From a virus (Duplodnaviria; Caudoviricetes): 64,000 bases of DNA. Positions 59,319 through 64,000 of this stretch are shown one piece after another (position 1 is the first letter of the stretch; the number at the start of each line of letters is the position of its first letter). A program made the translations under genes and the position numbers. The stretch spans positions 24,509 to 88,508 of IMG/VR virus record IMGVR_UViG_2836880742_000002, one strand, 5' to 3'. Under the pieces are notes generated by a model. The model was not told where the DNA came from. It worked only from the letters and a program-made list of their open reading frames with translations, and made no database searches.

Positions 59319-59696
59319 TCACCAATATATCCCGTATCCGTAACCTTGGGCGCGGTCTAAGGCCATACGGTTGTCCATTGCGGCCTCATATTCTTCATCG
59401 TCCCGCATCTCTTCGAGATATACTTCGTTGTCTATCTTTTCGGTGCTTACCGAATCCTCTATCAGCTTTTGGATGTTGGGGTATGCCTTACGGGCATCAT
59501 CACCGTATATCATGGCTTCTACTTTACCCGTTAAAGCATCGTATGACACTTCAAGGTCGCATGTTTTGCCACTCATATAAATGAAGGATGAGCGCTTACG
59601 GTGGTTGAACCTGTTTATCAGCTTGTCCTCTATCGTTGCCGCAAGGCTTCTTAATTGACTTTTGATGTTTTTTCTCATAAAGCTTATACTTACCAT
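59319..59696 (-). CDS. Hypothetical protein
   Basis: Early operon ORF. Confidence 0.5.
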   Translation of the reverse strand: MVSISFMRKNIKSQLRSLAATIEDKLINRFNHRKRSSFIYMSGKTCDLEVSYDALTGKVEAMIYGDDARKAYPNIQKLIEDSVSTEKIDNEVYLEEMRDDEEYEAAMDNRMALDRAQGYGYGIYW

Positions 59697-59908
59697 TTCA
59701 ATGCAGCATGTTTTATTACGTCAAAAGCATTACAATACCATCTTCCATTTTGGCGGTCTTCTGGTATCTTTTTAGCTCTTATAGCTCCGATTTTGACTAA
59801 TCTAAACAACCGTCCTCTTCCTCCCACAATGTCAGCGGCTTCACGTTGCCCAAATGTCTTATCATTTAGAACAACACTTAATATTGTTTCATTCAACATT
59901 TTATTCAC
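59690..59908 (-). CDS. Excisionase-like HTH protein
   Basis: F..REAA.IVGGR.RL..L...G.I..K..W.CNA.DV. Confidence 0.55.
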   Translation of the reverse strand: MNKMLNETILSVVLNDKTFGQREAADIVGGRGRLFRLVKIGAIRAKKIPEDRQNGRWYCNAFDVIKHAALKW

Positions 59909-60459
59909 TCCTTAAAAAGGTTTTTACTATTCGCATATCTTATAAATTCAGACTTCTCATGTATTCTAAGTTTGGTATACACAGATTTAATATGATTTTT
60001 CACTGTATGTGGAGACAAGTACAATGTATCAGCAATTTCTTCATTATTATACCCTTCATATATGAGTTTCATTACTCGTAACTCAGCATCCGACAAGTGA
60101 CTATTAAAACGCGGATTGCACACTTTCCCTTCATGAACACAGTGCCCTCGAAGAGGACATTTCACATGCTCAAAATTGAATACTCCCTTTCCGTCAATAT
60201 CTTTCTTTGTTGTATCTAATTCCCCAAAGTTGCATTTGGCGAATTGTTCAACAATCAGGAATTGGAAGTAAGGTACATTTAATGAACTTTTTTGAAACCA
60301 TGTGGACAAATCCCTGTATGCCTCTGGGTAAAATTCCCTGATTCGGACAAGAATATCATGTACCAACTCTGTGTTATTCTCTGTAACCTGTTCATTGCGA
60401 CCATCAGGAAACAAACACCAAAGCTCATTCTCCAATATATAAAATTCCAAGTCTCTCAT
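59905..60459 (-). CDS. LuxR-type HTH regulator
   Basis: LS..E..V......G....EIA..L.LS..TVK.H. Confidence 0.88.
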   Translation of the reverse strand: MRDLEFYILENELWCLFPDGRNEQVTENNTELVHDILVRIREFYPEAYRDLSTWFQKSSLNVPYFQFLIVEQFAKCNFGELDTTKKDIDGKGVFNFEHVKCPLRGHCVHEGKVCNPRFNSHLSDAELRVMKLIYEGYNNEEIADTLYLSPHTVKNHIKSVYTKLRIHEKSEFIRYANSKNLFKE

Positions 60460-60469
60460 TTTTATTTAT

Positions 60470-60721
60470 TTAATCCCAAAGACATTCAGGAGAGATTCCT
60501 GTAATTTCTGATAATATCCGTACATGTTCTGGATTGGAAGGCTTGATACCATACTTTACCCAATTATTTGCCGTAGCAAGAGTCACATTGCATTTTTCGG
60601 CAATTGTATTCACAAAATCTTTTTTGGGATACGTTGGTTCCGGCAGACTCTTATAATAGCCCTTTAAAGTCATATTTTTGCCTTTTTGTGATGAAGTGTT
60701 TGAATTATTGATATTTTCCAT
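60470..60721 (-). CDS. Cro-like HTH protein
   Basis: IA..C.V...T..NW..G..P; divergent from CI. Confidence 0.75.
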   Translation of the reverse strand: MENINNSNTSSQKGKNMTLKGYYKSLPEPTYPKKDFVNTIAEKCNVTLATANNWVKYGIKPSNPEHVRILSEITGISPECLWD

Positions 60722-60751
60722 TATCTTTGTATTGTTTGATTAATTATTTAA

Positions 60752-60807
60752 TGCAAAGATAAGAATAAATTCTTAATTACAATAACTAATAAGAATAATA
60801 AATTCTT
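60752..60807. promoter_or_regulatory. CI/Cro switch: leftward -7 box TATCTTTG and two AAGAAT-N-ATTCTT operator-like palindromes
   Basis: TAAGAAT-AA-ATTCTTA at 60760-60775; AAGAAT-AATAA-ATTCTT at 60791-60807. Confidence 0.6.
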
Positions 60808-60829
60808 GTAATTAATAATATTTAAGAAT

Positions 60830-61267
60830 ATGACATTAGACGGAAATCGGCTAAAATTGGCTATTGAATATCTCAAAAATAAAGGAGAAGTGTATAGTCA
60901 AAAGGATGTTGCAGAAAAAATGGGTACCACGCCCCCAAATGTATCAAGTGCTATAAAAGGAGTGGAGTCCGTATTAACAGAAAGTTTCTTGCATAGATTT
61001 AATCGTGCCTTCAATTATGAATTTAATGAAAACTGGTTGCTTACAGGAGAGGGCGAAATGCTAAAACCCAACCAATCAGTTGGCGACATTTCAAACAGCA
61101 ATGTGTCAGGAGTAAATGTGAGCGGACGAGAAATTCATATCAATCCAAATGCTTATGACACATTACTGAAAATAGTAGAATCAAACCAAAAAACTACTGA
61201 AAAATTCCAAGAACAGATAGACAGGCTTATTACAATCATTGAAAAAAGAACATGGAGCAACGAGTAG
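60830..61267 (+). CDS. CI-like repressor lacking an S24 peptidase domain
   Basis: SQ.DVA..MG HTH, WLLTGEGEM, C-terminal coiled coil. Confidence 0.85.
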   Translation: MTLDGNRLKLAIEYLKNKGEVYSQKDVAEKMGTTPPNVSSAIKGVESVLTESFLHRFNRAFNYEFNENWLLTGEGEMLKPNQSVGDISNSNVSGVNVSGREIHINPNAYDTLLKIVESNQKTTEKFQEQIDRLITIIEKRTWSNE

Positions 61268-61848
61268 GGAACATAAGAGATAGCAATGTAAAGAATGTGA
61301 ATATCATAGAAGGTAACAATGACTTTTGTGATAATAAAAGAAGTGATATATTCGCGAAATTTATCTATTGCGTAAATCTATTATTGTTTGTCGCAAATGC
61401 CATTGTAATAGTTTTCAATATTTACTATGCTTGCCATTATTACCCGAATACAAGACCATTGGAGTTCGATTATACAGGAATTATAATCGGGATTCTGTCT
61501 ATACTCATCACTATTCTTGTAGGCTGGCAAATATTATCCAATATACTTACCAAAAGAGAGATAAAAGAAGAGGTTAACAAAAATATAAAGACCATAAATA
61601 AACATATCAAATTGATGGATGAACAAAGTCGGTATTCTATCAAACACGTGAACAAAAGTATAGAAGATTGCAAATGTCTGTCTATAGGAGTTTCTTTAGC
61701 ACAATTAGGAATATCTCAATATTATAATGACGACTATAATAATGCTGTAAGATCATTATTTAATTCACTAATTTTTTTAGAGGAAATAGAAAACAATGAT
61801 GACTTAAAAAATGAGGCATACGAAAAAGCAACAGAAGTCCTCCTTTAG
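61252..61848 (+). CDS. Two-TM membrane protein with TPR-like C-terminus
   Basis: DY.G.I.GILS.L.T.L.GWQ motif; frame stays open for 40 codons after the TAG. Confidence 0.7.
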   Translation: MEQRVGNIRDSNVKNVNIIEGNNDFCDNKRSDIFAKFIYCVNLLLFVANAIVIVFNIYYACHYYPNTRPLEFDYTGIIIGILSILITILVGWQILSNILTKREIKEEVNKNIKTINKHIKLMDEQSRYSIKHVNKSIEDCKCLSIGVSLAQLGISQYYNDDYNNAVRSLFNSLIFLEEIENNDDLKNEAYEKATEVLL

Positions 61849-62041
61849 ATTTCTTTGAAATCCAAAGAATGTACAGGATTTACTGAGAATGAAATCAAGA
61901 TATTTACAGATGCTGCAATCAAAACAAGGAATAAGGAAATCATTAAGTTTGTAATGACATTTAATACTTAGAAAATCGGATTCAATCTACTATAAAAATA
62001 CCATCTGAAATATCATTAACTACCAAAATCAATATATATAT

Positions 62042-63181
62042 ATGGACTTCAAAGACCAAATTCAACAGCTTTCTGAACGCATAAGCAAACAGAAAGACAT
62101 GATAACAACAGAAGAAGCGACAAAGAATGCTTTCATTATGCCGATGATAACTGTATTGGGATATGATGTATTTGACCCTTTTGAGGTAGTACCCGAAATG
62201 GATTGCGACCTTACCAAGCGAGGCGATAGGATAGACTATGCCATAATGAAGAACGAGCAACCAATCTTGATAATTGAATGCAAACATTGCAAACAGAATC
62301 TTGATGTGCACAACACACAGCTCGCCAAGTATTTTGCAGCATCCAATGCACGGTTTGGTGTGCTTACTAACGGGATAGAATACAGATTCTATACTGACCT
62401 AGAAAAGCAAAACATTATGGATGAAAAACCTTTCTTGGTTATTGACGCGACTGACCTGTCGGACAATGACATAGAGCAGTTGAAGAAGTTCCACAAGTCA
62501 TACTACAATGAAACGGAAATTCTCAGTACTGCAAATGAACTGAAATACACAACAGAGATAAAAGGAATATTAAGCAATGAGTTTGCATCTCCATCACCCG
62601 AATTTGTCAAGTTTATAACCAAACAAATATATGATGGTGCAATATGGCAAAGCGTAATTGAGCAATTTACACCGCTTGTAAAGAAATCCATATCATCTAT
62701 TATAAATGATATTATCTCGGAGAGATTGAACAATGCCATAAAGAATGAAGAACAGCAAATAACTCCAAGCAGTATGGAAATCGTCGCATCTGACGATACA
62801 AATAGTGACGATACATTACCCGATGGGGTAGTTTTTATAGATAAGGAAAAAGGCATTATTACCACGCAAGAAGAAATAGATGCCTACAATATTATCCGTT
62901 CGATTGTCCGTAAACAAATCAGTGCCGACCTAATTGTTTACAAAGATTTCAAATCCTATTTCGCTATCGGAGTGTCAAACCCTTCTTGTTGGTGGGGATG
63001 TCGCTTATCTTTTGGAAACAGAAGCAAGTGTTTGTATATTCCTACTGACGATTATAAATCACAAGAAAGAATTGAGATAAACACACTTGACGATATTTTT
63101 AAATATGCCGACAAATTGGAAGAATGCTTTGCGGAAGCGTACAAGTATTACAAAAAATACCAAAACAAACACCTAAAATAA
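62042..63181 (+). CDS. HsdR_N-like PD-(D/E)XK nuclease-domain protein
   Basis: EEATK..PE..DYA..IECK..QL..YF..LTNG..YRFY. Confidence 0.88.
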   Translation: MDFKDQIQQLSERISKQKDMITTEEATKNAFIMPMITVLGYDVFDPFEVVPEMDCDLTKRGDRIDYAIMKNEQPILIIECKHCKQNLDVHNTQLAKYFAASNARFGVLTNGIEYRFYTDLEKQNIMDEKPFLVIDATDLSDNDIEQLKKFHKSYYNETEILSTANELKYTTEIKGILSNEFASPSPEFVKFITKQIYDGAIWQSVIEQFTPLVKKSISSIINDIISERLNNAIKNEEQQITPSSMEIVASDDTNSDDTLPDGVVFIDKEKGIITTQEEIDAYNIIRSIVRKQISADLIVYKDFKSYFAIGVSNPSCWWGCRLSFGNRSKCLYIPTDDYKSQERIEINTLDDIFKYADKLEECFAEAYKYYKKYQNKHLK

Positions 63182-63188
63182 TATAAAC

Positions 63189-63734
63189 ATGGAAGAAGAA
63201 CCTATAAAATGCCCTAAATGTGGCTCCACACAAATACACGTTCATGAGCGAGGTTTTAAAACAGGACGTGCCATTGCAGGAGGTTTATTAACAGGAAATA
63301 TCCTTATCGCAGCGGCAGCAGGAGCAACGGGTAAAAACAAGATAGAACTTGTTTGCTTGAAATGTGGCCATAAGTTTAATATAGGAGACGCTAAAAAAAA
63401 CACCACTACTAACTTTGATTATAAACCAATAGAATTAAAATATAAAGAAAATGAGTTTAACACAGTGGTATGTTCTATTTGTGGTGGTAAAACTCTGTAT
63501 TCACATAAATATTGCTGTCAATGTGGAAAATTAATAGACAGAAATGATGAACGCATTCTATTAAATCCACCTCTTTCTGTCTTCACATGCAAGAAATGCA
63601 ACCAAATATCCACAAAGGGAGGAAACTACTGCTCTAAATGCGGAAGTAAATTAAATACATCAAAGTCCTCTAATAATGGATGTGCCTCAATAATTGTTCT
63701 TGTCATTATCTTATCGACAATATTTTGCCTATGA
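63189..63734 (+). CDS. Multi zinc-ribbon membrane protein
   Basis: CPKCGS, several CxxC pairs, C-terminal TM. Confidence 0.7.
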   Translation: MEEEPIKCPKCGSTQIHVHERGFKTGRAIAGGLLTGNILIAAAAGATGKNKIELVCLKCGHKFNIGDAKKNTTTNFDYKPIELKYKENEFNTVVCSICGGKTLYSHKYCCQCGKLIDRNDERILLNPPLSVFTCKKCNQISTKGGNYCSKCGSKLNTSKSSNNGCASIIVLVIILSTIFCL

Positions 63735-64000
63735 AAATATCACAAGAAGGAATCGATGTGACCAAAAGATTCTTTGAAGCCATAGACATACTAAAGGCTC
63801 AAAAGAAAATCAGAGGTCTACAAACATTTACAAATGCACATGGAATAAATCGTTGGAACATGAATACAGTAAAATGGAATCCTGACCGCAGTGTATTAAA
63901 GCCTGAATGGATAGTATACTTAATACGTGATTATAATATCTCTCCAAACTGGATTTTATTAGGTGTAGGAAACATGTTTATAACAAAAATATCCAAATGA
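63731..64000 (+). CDS. HTH protein typical of the pre-integrase position
   Basis: RFF.A..RG..TF...IN.W..W.L.G.G.M; ATG overlaps the upstream stop. Confidence 0.7.
   Translation: MKISQEGIDVTKRFFEAIDILKAQKKIRGLQTFTNAHGINRWNMNTVKWNPDRSVLKPEWIVYLIRDYNISPNWILLGVGNMFITKISK

Larger units (their letters stand above)
678..64000. mobile_element. Temperate siphovirus-like prophage of a Bacteroidales host (ends not visible; integrase probably beyond the right edge)
   Basis: Lambdoid gene order: CI/Cro switch, ERF/exonuclease, replication, terminases, portal, MuF, capsid, tail, tape measure, fibres, holin; TAnnTTTG promoter boxes. Confidence 0.95.

Noticed and set aside
41580-61848. Stop-codon reassignment (TAG/TGA) as in some gut phages
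   Set aside because: Long genes are intact under the standard code, all three stop codons terminate genes, the few internal stops are of three different types, and no suppressor tRNA is present

Overview
The window holds almost a whole temperate siphovirus-type prophage of a Bacteroidales host, inferred from TAnnTTTG promoter boxes and gene content. The minus strand runs, from right to left, through Cro/early genes, recombination and replication (ERF, exonuclease, NinG, helicase, DUF4373 initiator), three DNA methyltransferases plus a PAPS reductase, small accessory cassettes, terminases, portal, head, tail, tail fibres and holin. The CI/immunity region is on the plus strand at the right end. 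No integrase or endolysin is visible. Best candidate for an undescribed system: a packaging-linked operon (Fe-S/GNAT, PLP amino-acid racemase, amidoligase fused to a degenerate MTase and a GNAT-like domain, ParB, TerS/TerL) preceded by a tRNA-Gly-like RNA with a 6-nt anticodon loop. That RNA is one of four tRNA mimics that cannot form a 7-nt anticodon loop. Other highlights are an ORF-less group IIC intron behind a terminator, a recurring T-GAAG-NN-R hairpin at the head of five late units, and a beta-type motif shared by CI and the adjacent membrane protein. Also present are a split C5 methyltransferase with a nested second subunit, a MuF-(p)ppApp synthetase toxin module, a three-domain nucleotide-sponge fusion and a repeated 131-bp promoter cassette. 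All family assignments come from motif recognition by eye; no searches were run.
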